This document shows, one piece after another, positions 15,124 through 27,565 of a DNA stretch of 32,000 nucleotides. Origin of the DNA: Methanothermobacter marburgensis str. Marburg (GTDB lineage Archaea > Methanobacteriota > Methanobacteria > Methanobacteriales > Methanothermobacteraceae). Position numbers and translations under genes: made by a program. Below the pieces are notes generated by a model that did no database searches, had not been told where the DNA came from, and was given only the letters and a program-made list of their open reading frames with translations. The number at the start of each line of letters is the position of its first letter. Position 1 is the first letter of the stretch. The DNA is taken from contig NC_014408.1 in assembly GCF_000145295.1 (NCBI RefSeq), forward strand, positions 510,001-542,000, read 5' to 3'.

Positions 15124-15643
15124 ACTTCTTTTTCCAGTTTCAGGTTTCCTGATGAAGGTTGCGGATGACGCCGAGGATGAGTGGGGAAGGCCCCTCACAG
15201 GCATGGTGGCCGGTGCCCTCTGTGGGCTTTCCTCTGGTGTTCTCTCCACTGCCGATACGGCTGCTGCATGTATATTCCTCGGGATATTTGCAGGCACCCT
15301 CATATCATGTAAGATAGACTGCCCCAGCCACGTGCTTGCCGCAGTGGTATTCCTTCTGGTCCTTTTTTTTGGTGGAGTGCCCTCACTGAGCATCCCTGCT
15401 CTTGTTGCATGCACAGCGGGAGCCTACATTGATGAATATGGTAATGATAACCCCAGGGTATACGAAAAGGGTCGTTTTTTCAGGTTTTTCTTTGATTACA
15501 GGTTCTCCCTGAAGGCTGTGATAGTCATCCTTGCTGTTATTTCACTGCTTGGAGTTTCAGATACCGGTTTTGGTCCTGCAACGGTCCTCTTTTTCATACT
15601 CTTTGAGGTCGCCTATGAAATTGCAGGAAGAATCAGGATTTAG
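15116..15643 (+). CDS. Hypothetical integral membrane protein
   Basis: 175 aa with several hydrophobic helices. Its start overlaps the dys stop (ATGATTGA), which suggests co-translation. Confidence 0.7.
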   Translation: MIELLFPVSGFLMKVADDAEDEWGRPLTGMVAGALCGLSSGVLSTADTAAACIFLGIFAGTLISCKIDCPSHVLAAVVFLLVLFFGGVPSLSIPALVACTAGAYIDEYGNDNPRVYEKGRFFRFFFDYRFSLKAVIVILAVISLLGVSDTGFGPATVLFFILFEVAYEIAGRIRI

Positions 15644-15738
15644 GGGGCCGCTTGGGCCTGGTTGCATGTCATGTAAACTGTATAGTGGATAAAATAGTTT
15701 TGCTGGCTGTTTTCATGGACATTAAAAGTTAAAATGAA

Positions 15739-16494
<756 letters not shown>

Positions 16495-16599
16495 CAAACA
16501 CACCTCTCAAGAAAACTTTAATTTAAATCAGAAATTATAGAAAATATTATATACTCATATCTTAAAGTTTACTTTAGAAAGATTCAAGAAGGTGATAAA

Positions 16600-17268
16600 T
16601 TGCATATCATGGAAGGATTTCTGCCCCCGGAGTGGTGTCTCTTCTGGTATCTCCTATCGGCACCTGTCATAGTTTATGGTTTAATCAGGATAATAAGGAT
16701 TTCAGATGAGAGGCCCGAGGCAAAACCGCTTCTTGCAGTTAGCGGCGCGTTCATGTTTGTTCTATCATCCCTTAAACTTCCATCTGTAACTGGTAGCTGT
16801 TCACACCCCACAGGTAATGGGCTCGGGGCTGTACTCTTCGGCCCTGCAGTCACATCTGTCTTGGCACTCATTGTTCTCATATTCCAGGCGCTGCTCCTTG
16901 CCCATGGGGGCATAACAACCCTGGGGGCAAACGTGTTCTCCATGGGTATCATTGGCCCGGTCTGTGCCTGGGGAATCTACAGGATCACAAGGTCAGCGAT
17001 ACCCTCATCTGCCGCGGTCTTCCTTGCAGCATTTCTGGGCGACCTTATGACCTATGTGACAACATCAATCCAGCTTGCGCTTGCATTCCCTAAACCCGGT
17101 TTCATGGAAGCCCTTGTGAAGTTCATGGTGATATTCGCCTACACCCAGGTTCCACTGGCGGTTGCCGAGGGCCTTCTCACCGTGGTGATATTTGAGAACA
17201 TCCTCAAGCTCAAGCCTGATATAATGGAGAAACTTCAGGTTATAGGAAAACCTGCTGTGGAGGGTTAA
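16600..17268 (+). CDS. cbiM: ECF-type cobalt (or nickel) transporter substrate-capture component CbiM
   Basis: The N-terminus MHIMEGFLP is the conserved metal-ligating CbiM/NikM N-terminus, which fixes the start at TTG 16600 (AAGGTGAT SD, 3-nt spacer). The protein is multi-TM. Confidence 0.92.
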   Translation: MHIMEGFLPPEWCLFWYLLSAPVIVYGLIRIIRISDERPEAKPLLAVSGAFMFVLSSLKLPSVTGSCSHPTGNGLGAVLFGPAVTSVLALIVLIFQALLLAHGGITTLGANVFSMGIIGPVCAWGIYRITRSAIPSSAAVFLAAFLGDLMTYVTTSIQLALAFPKPGFMEALVKFMVIFAYTQVPLAVAEGLLTVVIFENILKLKPDIMEKLQVIGKPAVEG

Positions 17269-17269
17269 A

Positions 17270-17557
17270 ATGGATAAAAGACACACCATAATGCTCATTG
17301 CAGTTGCGGTGATTGCCATAGCACCCCTTGTAATCTACAGTGGCCTTGGAGAGGATCAGGGATACTTTGGGGGGGCAGATGACAGTGCAAGCAAGGCAAT
17401 ATCTGAAACAGGGTATAAACCCTGGTTCCAGCCAATATGGGAGCCACCAAGTGGTGAGATAGAGAGCTTGCTATTTGCTCTCCAGGCCGCCATAGGTGCC
17501 CTCATAATAGGATACGTCTTTGGCTACTACAGGGGGAGGGGAGAATCCCCTGAATAA
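17270..17557 (+). CDS. cbiN: Cobalt transport protein CbiN
   Basis: 95 aa with two TM helices and the motif GYKPWFQPIWEPPSGEIESLLFALQAAIGA. It starts 1 nt after cbiM. Confidence 0.9.
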   Translation: MDKRHTIMLIAVAVIAIAPLVIYSGLGEDQGYFGGADDSASKAISETGYKPWFQPIWEPPSGEIESLLFALQAAIGALIIGYVFGYYRGRGESPE

Positions 17558-17579
17558 AATTTTTTCATGGTGAAGGACG

Positions 17580-18344
17580 ATGAACATATCTGTTGACCAC
17601 TATGCACATACCAATGGCCTCAGAAACACGAGCCCTGGCTTTAAGATGGCCCTGGCCATTATCACAATGCTCATTTCAGTCCTATCACCAAACCCTGTTA
17701 TACCCCTCATCATCGCATTTCTAATGACACTCCTGATTCTCTTTGCAGCGGATATACCCGCCTCATACTACCTGCGGTTTGCCGCCATCCCTGTGGGATT
17801 CGGTGTTCTGACACTCGTGCTCATGGCGCTATTCTTTGGTGTGAACCCCCTTGTAACATTCATGGGCCTAAGGATCTACAGTGATGGCCTGCACACTGGT
17901 ATTCTAGTCTTCTCGAGGATACTCGGCGGGTTTTCATGTCTTGCCTTTCTCGCACTCACGACACCCCTCAATGAGGTCTTCCATGAACTTGGAAGGCTGG
18001 GTCTTCCAGCGGCTTTCATTGAGATAGCCCTCCTCATGTACAGGTCCATATTTGTTTTCCTTGAGGAGGCGTCAGTGATGTATAATGCCCAGGATTCAAG
18101 GCTAGGCTACAGTGGTATTAAAAATTCCTACAGGTCCCTGGGGCTCCTTGCAGGTAACCTCTTTATAAGGTCCTGGCTGAGGGGTGAAACGGTGTACCGT
18201 TCAATGGAGGCGAGGTGCTATCAGGGGACCATGCCATCCATCAGAAGGCAGTCCATTGGAGCCCGTGAAGCGGTTATGATAGCATTATTTGATGGGTTAC
18301 TTTTAGTGGGGCTTCTTTTCACATCAAAGGGTGTCATCTTCTAA
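17580..18344 (+). CDS. cbiQ: ECF transporter transmembrane (T) component CbiQ
   Basis: 254-aa polytopic membrane protein positioned between cbiN and cbiO. The C-terminal region has the RSxxxxxxAxxxRxY-like motif (RSWLRGETVYRSMEARCY). Confidence 0.88.
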   Translation: MNISVDHYAHTNGLRNTSPGFKMALAIITMLISVLSPNPVIPLIIAFLMTLLILFAADIPASYYLRFAAIPVGFGVLTLVLMALFFGVNPLVTFMGLRIYSDGLHTGILVFSRILGGFSCLAFLALTTPLNEVFHELGRLGLPAAFIEIALLMYRSIFVFLEEASVMYNAQDSRLGYSGIKNSYRSLGLLAGNLFIRSWLRGETVYRSMEARCYQGTMPSIRRQSIGAREAVMIALFDGLLLVGLLFTSKGVIF

Positions 18345-18430
18345 TCTGCTTCTGTGAGGATACCACCGGGGCACAGTTAAATATTAAATGAACACTATTC
18401 ATCATATGGTCAGTTTCCAGTGGTGTGAAC

Positions 18431-19267
18431 ATGAAGATTATTGAGGCAGTAAATATCAGGTACACCTACCCCGATGGCACCGAGGCACTGAAGGGTATAG
18501 ATTTCCATGCAAAAAAGGGTGAGGTGGTGGCCCTTCTTGGCCCCAACGGCGCAGGAAAGTCCACACTCTTCCTTCACTTCAATGGCATACTGCAGCCAAC
18601 CAGTGGGAAGGTGCTGGTAGATGGGAAAGAAATCGACTACAGTAAATCAGGGCTCATAAAAGTCAGGCAGAAGGTCGGAATCGTATTCCAGAATCCTGAT
18701 GACCAGCTGTTCGCACCAAGGGTTGACGAGGACGTTGCATTTGGACCCCTCAATATGGGACTTGATGAGGACGAGGTTGAAGAGAGGGTTAAGGACGCCC
18801 TGCGGAAGGTGGGAATGTCAGGCTACGAGGACAGACCCCCCCACCACCTGAGCGGGGGTGAGAAGAAGAGAGTTGCAATAGCAGGTATACTTGCCATGAA
18901 ACCTGATATAATGATACTTGATGAGCCAACCTCCGGCCTTGACCCGCGGGGGGCATCGCAGATACTCAGACTGCTGCATGAGCTGAATGAGGAGGGCATG
19001 ACCATAATCATATCCACCCATGATGTTGACCTGGCACCCCTCTACTCGGACAGGATATACATAATAAGCGGGGGAGAGATAATAAGTGAGGGAACACCAG
19101 GAGATGTTTTCTCAGATATAGATACCATAAGGGGCGCCGACCTCCGTCTTCCAAGGATAGCGCATCTGGTGGAGATACTTCAGAAGGAGGATGACCTCCC
19201 ATTCGGGGAGCCATACCCCCTCACTATCGGGGAGGCCAGGAGAAAACTCCGTGACCAGCTGAAATAG
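18431..19267 (+). CDS. cbiO: ECF transporter ATPase CbiO
   Basis: Walker A GPNGAGKST, signature LSGGEKKR, Walker B ILDEPTSGLD. I prefer ATG 18431 to GTG 18425. Confidence 0.92.
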   Translation: MKIIEAVNIRYTYPDGTEALKGIDFHAKKGEVVALLGPNGAGKSTLFLHFNGILQPTSGKVLVDGKEIDYSKSGLIKVRQKVGIVFQNPDDQLFAPRVDEDVAFGPLNMGLDEDEVEERVKDALRKVGMSGYEDRPPHHLSGGEKKRVAIAGILAMKPDIMILDEPTSGLDPRGASQILRLLHELNEEGMTIIISTHDVDLAPLYSDRIYIISGGEIISEGTPGDVFSDIDTIRGADLRLPRIAHLVEILQKEDDLPFGEPYPLTIGEARRKLRDQLK

Positions 19268-19738
<471 letters not shown>

Positions 19739-19759
19739 ATAGGATAGGAGGTGAATCTG

Positions 19760-20344
19760 ATGGTTAAGGTTATTGGAATTTGTGGAAGTCCAAGAAAAAA
19801 TGGTAACACTGAGATTCTGCTCAGGGAGGCCCTTGAGGCCGCTGCCAGTGAGGGTGCTGAAACCGAGCTTGTGAGGCTCGCAGGCAGGGATATAAACCCC
19901 TGCAGGGCCTGTGACTCATGTAAGAGTAAAGGAGAATGTGATATCGACGATGACCTCAATGAGGTGATTGAGCTTGCAGCAGACGCTGATGGGATAATAA
20001 TCGGAAGCCCGGTGTACTTTGGCTCTGTAACAGCCCAGACCAAGATGTTCATGGACAGGACAAGGCCCCTCAGAAGCAATTTCAGATTATCTGATAAGGT
20101 TGGCGGGGCCATAACTGTTGGGGGCTCAAGGAACGGTGGCCAGGAGACCGCATGTGGCGATATACACAACTTCTTCCTTATACACGAGGCTGTTGTTGTG
20201 GGTGATGCGGCACCAACAGCCCACTATGGGGGTACAGGTGTCGGTGGTGCGAAAGGGGACTCTGCAGAGGATGCAACGGGTATCGAGACATCCAGGAACC
20301 TTGGAAGGAAGGTAGCGTCCCTTGCAATGAAGATTCATGGTTAA
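19760..20344 (+). CDS. Iron-sulfur flavoprotein / NADPH-dependent FMN reductase family
   Basis: [11 protein letters not shown] flavodoxin-like P-loop plus the compact cluster motif [23 protein letters not shown] is followed by ATG 19760 (the ORF track starts at GTG 19751). Confidence 0.85.
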   Translation: MVKVIGICGSPRKNGNTEILLREALEAAASEGAETELVRLAGRDINPCRACDSCKSKGECDIDDDLNEVIELAADADGIIIGSPVYFGSVTAQTKMFMDRTRPLRSNFRLSDKVGGAITVGGSRNGGQETACGDIHNFFLIHEAVVVGDAAPTAHYGGTGVGGAKGDSAEDATGIETSRNLGRKVASLAMKIHG

Positions 20345-20426
20345 TTGAGGTATGAGTATTCGCTTTTCGACTGTACCATGCCACATAATCCCATGAAAAT
20401 TCATGGTTAATCGATATATGAGTGAA
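20325..20426. repeat. Imperfect duplication (period 66 bp) of the 3' end plus stop of the flavoprotein gene
   Basis: 20325-20360 (CAATGAAGATTCATGGTTAATTGAGGTATGAGTA..) versus 20391-20426 (CCATGAAAATTCATGGTTAATCGATATATGAGTG..), about 28 of the first 34 positions identical. The second copy contains the mini-ORF ATGAAAATTCATGGTTAA. Confidence 0.75.
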
Positions 20427-21127
20427 TGCCAATGGAATCGATACCAGGGAATGTCACTGTGGTTGTACCAGCCTATAATGAGGAGAAGACCATAGAGGAT
20501 GTCCTGAAGGCCCTTCTTGAAAGGGGTTACAGGGTTCTGGTGGTTAACGACGGCTCGAGGGACTCAACTCCAGAGATACTCAAAAGGATGTCCTCCAGGA
20601 ATGACAGGGTATCTGTCTATACCCACGTCATAAACAGGGGCCTCGGGGCGGCCCTCAGGACGGGCATCAGGGCTGCCCTGAAGGAGGGGGCAGACTACGT
20701 GGTGACCTTCGATGCCGATGGGCAGCATGACCCCGACGACATTGAAAGGGTCTTAAAACCCCTCCTGGAGGGTTCTGCAGATGTGGTTATTGGAAGGAGA
20801 GATTTCGAGGATATGCCCCTCTCAAGAAACCTTGGAAACACCATAATGAACCTTCTCACCCTCCTCTTCTATGGGTGCAGAGTCTCAGATTCCCAGTCAG
20901 GTCTCAGGGCATTCACATCCAGGGCGGCATCACTTATTGATATAAAAAGCAGGGGCTACGGTGTTTCATCAGAGATAATCGGGGAGATTCGCAGGAATGG
21001 CCTCAGAATGTGCGAGGTTACCATAAGGACCATATACACACCCGAAACAATTGCCAAGGGGACAAGCACATCGGTGGGTATAAGGATACTCCTGAGGCTT
21101 CTGCTCAATATATTCCGGAAGATTTAG
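20426..21127 (+). CDS. Family 2 glycosyltransferase (dolichyl-phosphate sugar synthase-like)
   Basis: VTVVVPAYNEE, VVNDGSRD, FDADGQHDP (DxD), SDSQSGLRAF. Confidence 0.9.
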   Translation: MPMESIPGNVTVVVPAYNEEKTIEDVLKALLERGYRVLVVNDGSRDSTPEILKRMSSRNDRVSVYTHVINRGLGAALRTGIRAALKEGADYVVTFDADGQHDPDDIERVLKPLLEGSADVVIGRRDFEDMPLSRNLGNTIMNLLTLLFYGCRVSDSQSGLRAFTSRAASLIDIKSRGYGVSSEIIGEIRRNGLRMCEVTIRTIYTPETIAKGTSTSVGIRILLRLLLNIFRKI

Positions 21128-21165
21128 GTTTTTTAACCATGAATACTTAAAAAGGTGGCGAATTC

Positions 21166-21492
21166 ATGATATACCAGGTTCTGGGAATTTTAATTGGAAT
21201 TGCAGGGATACTCATCTCTGTTCTGAGGTTCAGGGATTCAAGGACATCCCCTGGCGGCCTCATACTGTGGCTGATACTCTGGGTTTCTGTCATATTCTTC
21301 TCACTGAGACCCTCCTTTTCGACTGAAATCGCGAACATCCTTGGAATAGGGAGGGGACTTGATTTTCTCCTTATAATAGGCATACTGGGGGCCTATTACC
21401 TTCTCTTCAGGATATATCTAATGGTGGACAGGCTGCAGCAGGAGATAACAGAGCTTGTACATGAGATTGCACTTAGAGGGGATGATGAGTAG
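21166..21492 (+). CDS. DUF2304-like small membrane protein (GT2-associated)
   Basis: 108 aa with 3-4 TM helices and a C-terminal amphipathic helix (RLQQEITELVHEIALR). Its position right after a GT2 gene is typical for this family. Confidence 0.75.
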   Translation: MIYQVLGILIGIAGILISVLRFRDSRTSPGGLILWLILWVSVIFFSLRPSFSTEIANILGIGRGLDFLLIIGILGAYYLLFRIYLMVDRLQQEITELVHEIALRGDDE

Positions 21493-21520
21493 ATCCACTT
21501 CCCACAATTCAGTGATCGAT

Positions 21521-22651
21521 ATGAGAATATGTATCGTGACAGAGTACTTTCCAGCAGGTAAGAAACTCGACATAAGGGGCGGTGCAGAGGCCTGTGCATT
21601 CAACGAGGCCCTTAAATTGTCAGAGAAGCATGATGTGACGGTTCTAACCTCCAGGACGCCTGAAAATCCTGATGGATACACCAGCGGAAACATGGATGTC
21701 ATCTGCTGCGGTCCCATGAGGTCCTATGTTCAGGCAGGCTCCATAGGTGAGAGGCTCTCATTCATGCTGTCGGCCTACAGGGAGGGCCTGAAACTTGAAC
21801 CTGACGCTGTTATAGGGTACAATTTCATAACACATCCTGTGGCCTGGATGATAGCAGGGAAAACGAATGCGAAGGCCCTGGCACGTTACCATGATGTCTG
21901 GATCGGTGAGTGGCTCAGAAACATTGGTTTTTCAGGAATACTCGGTGAGATACTTGAAAGATACACCCTCTCAAGGAGGTTCGACAGGATGATAGCGGTG
22001 TCAGAATACACCGCCAGGAAGATACTTGAGAGGTACCCCTGGCAGAGGGTCTCAGTCGTCCACAACATGGTGGACTTCAGTCCGCCGCTGGTTGAGAAAA
22101 CCCCCAGCCCATCCATTGCATGCGTTTCAAGGCTCGTTGAATACAAGAGAGTGGGGGACCTCATAAGGGCGGTTTCAGTTCTCGCAGAAGAGTTTCCTGA
22201 TCTGAAGTGCAGGATAATAGGTACGGGTCCACTGGAGGGGGAGCTCCAGGACATTGCAGCTGAACTGGGAGTGGAGGATAGGGTTGAATTTCTTGGGTTC
22301 GTGGAGAAACATGAAGATGTCCTGAGGGTTATAGCGGAGTCCTGGGTCTTCTGCCTTCCAAGCGTGGTTGAGGGTTTCGGCATAGTCGTTGTGGAGGCAA
22401 TGGGCTGCGGGACACCCTTCGTGGCTTCCAGGATACCGCCTGTAATGGAGGCAAGCAGGGAGATGGGTGGACTCTTCTTTGAACCCTGTAACTGGAGAGA
22501 CCTGACTGATAAGCTCAGAACCCTTTTATCTGACAATGAACTCCACGGAAGACTCACAAAGGAGGCAGCAGATGTTTTCAGGGATTACAGTGCAGATACA
22601 ATCGGGAAAAAACTTGAGGAAATCCTGAGAGAGGTTACAGGTAGCATTTGA
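21521..22651 (+). CDS. GT4-family (GT-B fold) glycosyltransferase, RfbU-like
   Basis: MRICIVTEYFPAGK...GGAE N-terminus. The C-terminal part has PSVVEGFGIVVVEAMGCGTPFVAS (the EX7E region). The ORF-track start at 21455 overlaps the upstream gene, so I prefer ATG 21521. Confidence 0.88.
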   Translation: MRICIVTEYFPAGKKLDIRGGAEACAFNEALKLSEKHDVTVLTSRTPENPDGYTSGNMDVICCGPMRSYVQAGSIGERLSFMLSAYREGLKLEPDAVIGYNFITHPVAWMIAGKTNAKALARYHDVWIGEWLRNIGFSGILGEILERYTLSRRFDRMIAVSEYTARKILERYPWQRVSVVHNMVDFSPPLVEKTPSPSIACVSRLVEYKRVGDLIRAVSVLAEEFPDLKCRIIGTGPLEGELQDIAAELGVEDRVEFLGFVEKHEDVLRVIAESWVFCLPSVVEGFGIVVVEAMGCGTPFVASRIPPVMEASREMGGLFFEPCNWRDLTDKLRTLLSDNELHGRLTKEAADVFRDYSADTIGKKLEEILREVTGSI

Positions 22652-22740
22652 TCTTTTCTTTGAGATGGCAGCACCTACTTCTAACAACCAGTTCCTGAAA
22701 ACTCCAACATATTAATAGAATCGTTGGTATAACTAATATC

Positions 22741-23424
22741 ATGGTTATCTATTTCAGGGGATGTCTTGCAAGGGAGAGGCTCACAGCAATAGAAGAGGCC
22801 ACAGAGAAAATCCTCCAGGCAGCAGGGCTTGAATACAGGGTTATGGATGATGAAACTTGCTGTGGATCAGTACTCCTTAGAACAGGATTTCTGAAGGACG
22901 CTGAAAGACAGATTAAGAGGACAGGGAAAATGCTCCAGGGAAAGGAAGTTATCGTATCATGCGCTGGATGTTACCGGACACTCAACGAGGACTACAGGAG
23001 GATGGGCTACAGCATAGGGGTAAAGCACATCTCACAGGTTATCCTTGACCTTGTAGATGCAGGGGACATTGAATTTGATAAAACCGCCCTGAGGGTGACA
23101 TACCATGACCCATGTCACCTATCAAGGCACACAGACGAGAAGGACGCCACCAGGGAGATTTTAAAGGTGTTTACAGATTTCAGGGAGATGGAACACCATG
23201 GGAGGGACTCAAGGTGCTGTGGGGCTGGGGGTGGCTTGAGGTCAGCCCATAGGGACATATCAACCAGGGTTGCATCATCACGCATAGATGAGGCTGAGAG
23301 GACCGGGGCAGATATACTCTGCACATCCTGCCCATTCTGCCGCCTGAACCTTGAATCCACCTCCATGAGGGTAATGGACATAACAGAGCTTCTATCTGAA
23401 ATTATCAGGGAGGATAAAGGTTGA
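22741..23424 (+). CDS. Two-CCG-domain Fe-S oxidoreductase (HdrB / LutA / GlpC-like)
   Basis: Two cysteine-rich CCG domains: CCGSVLLRTGF...CAGCYRTL and HDPCHL...CCGAGGGL...CPFCRLNL. Confidence 0.85.
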   Translation: MVIYFRGCLARERLTAIEEATEKILQAAGLEYRVMDDETCCGSVLLRTGFLKDAERQIKRTGKMLQGKEVIVSCAGCYRTLNEDYRRMGYSIGVKHISQVILDLVDAGDIEFDKTALRVTYHDPCHLSRHTDEKDATREILKVFTDFREMEHHGRDSRCCGAGGGLRSAHRDISTRVASSRIDEAERTGADILCTSCPFCRLNLESTSMRVMDITELLSEIIREDKG

Positions 23425-24611
23425 ACGATGATGAAATCCGTCAGATGAGGATATCCTTCAACAAACTTGACGAGAGGCGTACTGGACTCCTGGACACTCC
23501 AGAACTTGATGGGCTGAGAGATAGGGTGGCGGGGATACGTAAGCTGGCAGTTGAAAAAACGGAGGAGCTCCTGTCAGAGGCACAGAGACGCTTCAGGGAC
23601 AACGGTGTTGAATTTCACCTTGCAGAAGATTCAGATGAGGCCTGCAGGATAATTCATGAGTCACTTGATGGGGGTCCTGTTGCAAAGTCCAAATCCAACA
23701 CCCTCTCTGAGATAGGCCTTTCCGATTATCTCCGAAAAAAAGGTGTGAAGGTTATTGAGACAGATCTTGGGGATCGAATACTTCAGCTTGCCGGAATTAA
23801 GAAACCCGCACATCCCGTTGGACCTGCACTTCACCTGGGAGTTTCTGAAATAGCTGAGATAGTAAGGGATAAGCTGGGGGTTGATATTTCAGATGATCCC
23901 TATGAGATAATGGCGGCTGTAAGGGAGGATATTCTCAGTAAGATCGAATCCTGCACCACGGGAGTGACAGGGGCAAATTCCGTGGCAGCACATGATGGAG
24001 CGGCTGTGATAGTCCACAATGAGGGTAATGTGGGAAGGTTATCCCTCATGGACACCCACATACTAGTATTCGGGATAGATAAGTTTGTACCTGAAATAGA
24101 GGATGCAGTGTCGGTTGTGAAACTCGAGACCGCCTATGCGACAGGTACAGGGGTTCCCTCCTACATCAATGTGATCTCCGGACCATCAAAGACCGCGGAT
24201 ATAGAAAAGATGCTCCTCAGGGGCATGTACGGGGCGTCAAGGGTAATTGCAGTTGCGGTGGATAATGGCAGATCCTCAGCTTACCCTGAGGCCCTCCTCT
24301 GCATAGGCTGCGGTAGCTGCATAGTGAGCTGCCCGGTTTACAATGCTGTTGGGAACAGGTTCGGGTACAGGGGGTACCTTGGGGGCAGGGGCGTTGTTAT
24401 GAGTTCCTTCCTTGCAGATAGAGAAACAGCAGTTGAATCAGGACTCTACATGTGCACCCTCTGTGGCCTCTGCACAGAGAAGTGCCCGGTGGGAACGCCA
24501 ACAGCCTCGCTCATGGAGAGGCTAAGGGGAGAGTGCAATGCCGCAGGCCTCTACCACAGGTCACATCTGAGGGTGGCTGAGAGGATAAAAAGAAGGGGTT
24601 CACCACTCTGA
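23421..24611 (+). CDS. LUD-domain plus 2x[4Fe-4S] protein (LutB-like)
   Basis: The central LUD/DUF162-like region (GVTGANSVAAHDGAAVIVHNEGN) is followed by CIGCGSCIVSCP and CTLCGLCTEKCP. The TTG start overlaps the upstream stop (GTTGA). Confidence 0.85.
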   Translation: MNDDEIRQMRISFNKLDERRTGLLDTPELDGLRDRVAGIRKLAVEKTEELLSEAQRRFRDNGVEFHLAEDSDEACRIIHESLDGGPVAKSKSNTLSEIGLSDYLRKKGVKVIETDLGDRILQLAGIKKPAHPVGPALHLGVSEIAEIVRDKLGVDISDDPYEIMAAVREDILSKIESCTTGVTGANSVAAHDGAAVIVHNEGNVGRLSLMDTHILVFGIDKFVPEIEDAVSVVKLETAYATGTGVPSYINVISGPSKTADIEKMLLRGMYGASRVIAVAVDNGRSSAYPEALLCIGCGSCIVSCPVYNAVGNRFGYRGYLGGRGVVMSSFLADRETAVESGLYMCTLCGLCTEKCPVGTPTASLMERLRGECNAAGLYHRSHLRVAERIKRRGSPL

Positions 24612-24713
24612 AAAGAAAGGTATAAAAGGGTGCTGTTCTAGATAAATTAAAAAAATTATCATGTAATGTTTCTTGGGATATCATTCCATAATTTTTACCA
24701 GGAGGTTATTGGT

Positions 24714-25424
24714 TTGCTTCTATTGATAAGTCCAATTAACACAGAGGAGGCACTTGAAGCCATAGAAGGCGGTGCAGACATAGTTGACGTTAAGAACCCC
24801 CGTGAGGGATCTCTCGGGGCCAACTTTCCCTGGGTTATCCGCCGGGTCAGGGAGATGACACCCGATGAGATGCTTGTGAGCGCCACCCTAGGTGATGTGC
24901 CCTACAAGCCAGGGACAGTGGCGCTGGCAGCCATGGGGGCCCTCGTATCAGGTGCAGACTACATAAAGGTCGGCCTCTACGGGACAAAGAACTACGAAGA
25001 GGCGGTTGATGTCATGAAGAACGTTGTGAGGGCAGTTAAGGATGAATCCGACGCAATCGTCGTTGCAGCCGGCTACGCCGACGCCCACCGTGTGGGTGCA
25101 GTGGACCCAATGGAGATACCACGTGTTGCTGCAGATTCAGGGGCTGATCTTGCAATGCTTGACACCGCTGTGAAGGATGGTAAGTCACTGTTTGATTTCA
25201 TGGACATGGAGCAGCTGGAATCATTTGTCTCAGAAACCAGGGACCATGGACTGAAATCCGCCCTTGCAGGGTCCGTTGGAAGGGAGCACCTCAAACCACT
25301 GCATGATATTGGATGTGATGTGGTCGGCATAAGGGGTGCCGCATGTGTTGGCGGAGACCGCAACACTGGCAGAATCCACAGGACAGCTGTGAGAGAACTC
25401 AAGGAACTGATAGAAAGCTTCTAA
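24714..25424 (+). CDS. mfnB: (5-formylfuran-3-yl)methyl phosphate synthase (methanofuran biosynthesis)
   Basis: [47 protein letters not shown] matches my memory of the MJ1099/MfnB N-terminus. That places the start at TTG 24714, 7 nt after GGAGGT; the ORF-track start at 24666 is an upstream extension. Confidence 0.85.
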   Translation: MLLLISPINTEEALEAIEGGADIVDVKNPREGSLGANFPWVIRRVREMTPDEMLVSATLGDVPYKPGTVALAAMGALVSGADYIKVGLYGTKNYEEAVDVMKNVVRAVKDESDAIVVAAGYADAHRVGAVDPMEIPRVAADSGADLAMLDTAVKDGKSLFDFMDMEQLESFVSETRDHGLKSALAGSVGREHLKPLHDIGCDVVGIRGAACVGGDRNTGRIHRTAVRELKELIESF

Positions 25425-25429
25425 AATAA

Positions 25430-26938
<1,509 letters not shown>

Positions 26939-26942
26939 ATCA

Positions 26943-26949
26943 TTTTTTT
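26943..26949 (+). terminator. Oligo-T archaeal terminator candidate after guaB
   Basis: A T7 run 5 nt after the TAA stop. Confidence 0.45.
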
Positions 26950-26965
26950 CTGTAATTTCAGATCA

Positions 26966-27565
26966 ATGAAGAACCGTGAACTGAAGTCCGCTGTGGTCCT
27001 CTGCGGGGGAATGGGCAGGAGGATGGGATCAGATAAGGGCCTTCTTGTGATGGATGGAAGGACATTCATTGAGATAATAACAGATAGGTTGCTGGAATAT
27101 TTCAGTGAGGTGGCCGTGGTCTTCCGTGACAGTAGCCAGGCTTGTAATTACAGGGATCTTCTTGATTCCAGTATCAGAGTCCTCACAGATGAGGTGCCGG
27201 GTGTCGGCCCGCTGGGGGGTATATTCACTGCACTTGGAAGAATATCAGGTTCTGCGGCCCTCTTTCTCCCCTGTGACTCCCCCCTTGTTACCCTGGAATT
27301 TCTCCTGAATATGAAGGATGCCTTCAGGGTGATGGGGGATAGGTGTGATGCCATTGTACCCTGCAGGGATGGTCTACCCGAGCCGCTACACTCAATCTAC
27401 TCGGTAAAAATAAGGGACCATATAAAGGGTCTGCTCGCCAAAAATGAAAGGAGAGTTAGGGTTCTCCTTGACTCCATTGAATCCTGCCGCCTAGACGCTA
27501 TCAGTCTGGATCCAACCCTTCGGAGTTTCAGGAACTTCAACCGACCGGAGGACCTCAGGATCTGA
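26966..27565 (+). CDS. mobA: Molybdenum cofactor guanylyltransferase
   Basis: AVVLCGGMGRRMGSDKGLL N-terminal motif, LFLPCDSP, and EPLHSIY. Confidence 0.88.
   Translation: MKNRELKSAVVLCGGMGRRMGSDKGLLVMDGRTFIEIITDRLLEYFSEVAVVFRDSSQACNYRDLLDSSIRVLTDEVPGVGPLGGIFTALGRISGSAALFLPCDSPLVTLEFLLNMKDAFRVMGDRCDAIVPCRDGLPEPLHSIYSVKIRDHIKGLLAKNERRVRVLLDSIESCRLDAISLDPTLRSFRNFNRPEDLRI

Noticed and set aside
15644-15738. GC-rich start (GGGGCCGCTTGGGCCTGG) considered as a tRNA or small RNA gene
   Set aside because: It has no cloverleaf-compatible arms and no conserved T-loop (GTTCRANNC). It is too short and becomes A+T-rich after 30 nt. It is probably just the convergent terminator region.
21886-22557. 223-aa minus-strand ORF
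   Set aside because: It is a Ser/Thr/Leu/Pro-rich shadow of the GT4 glycosyltransferase gene. Long antisense ORFs like this are expected from the GAN/GGN-rich codon usage here.
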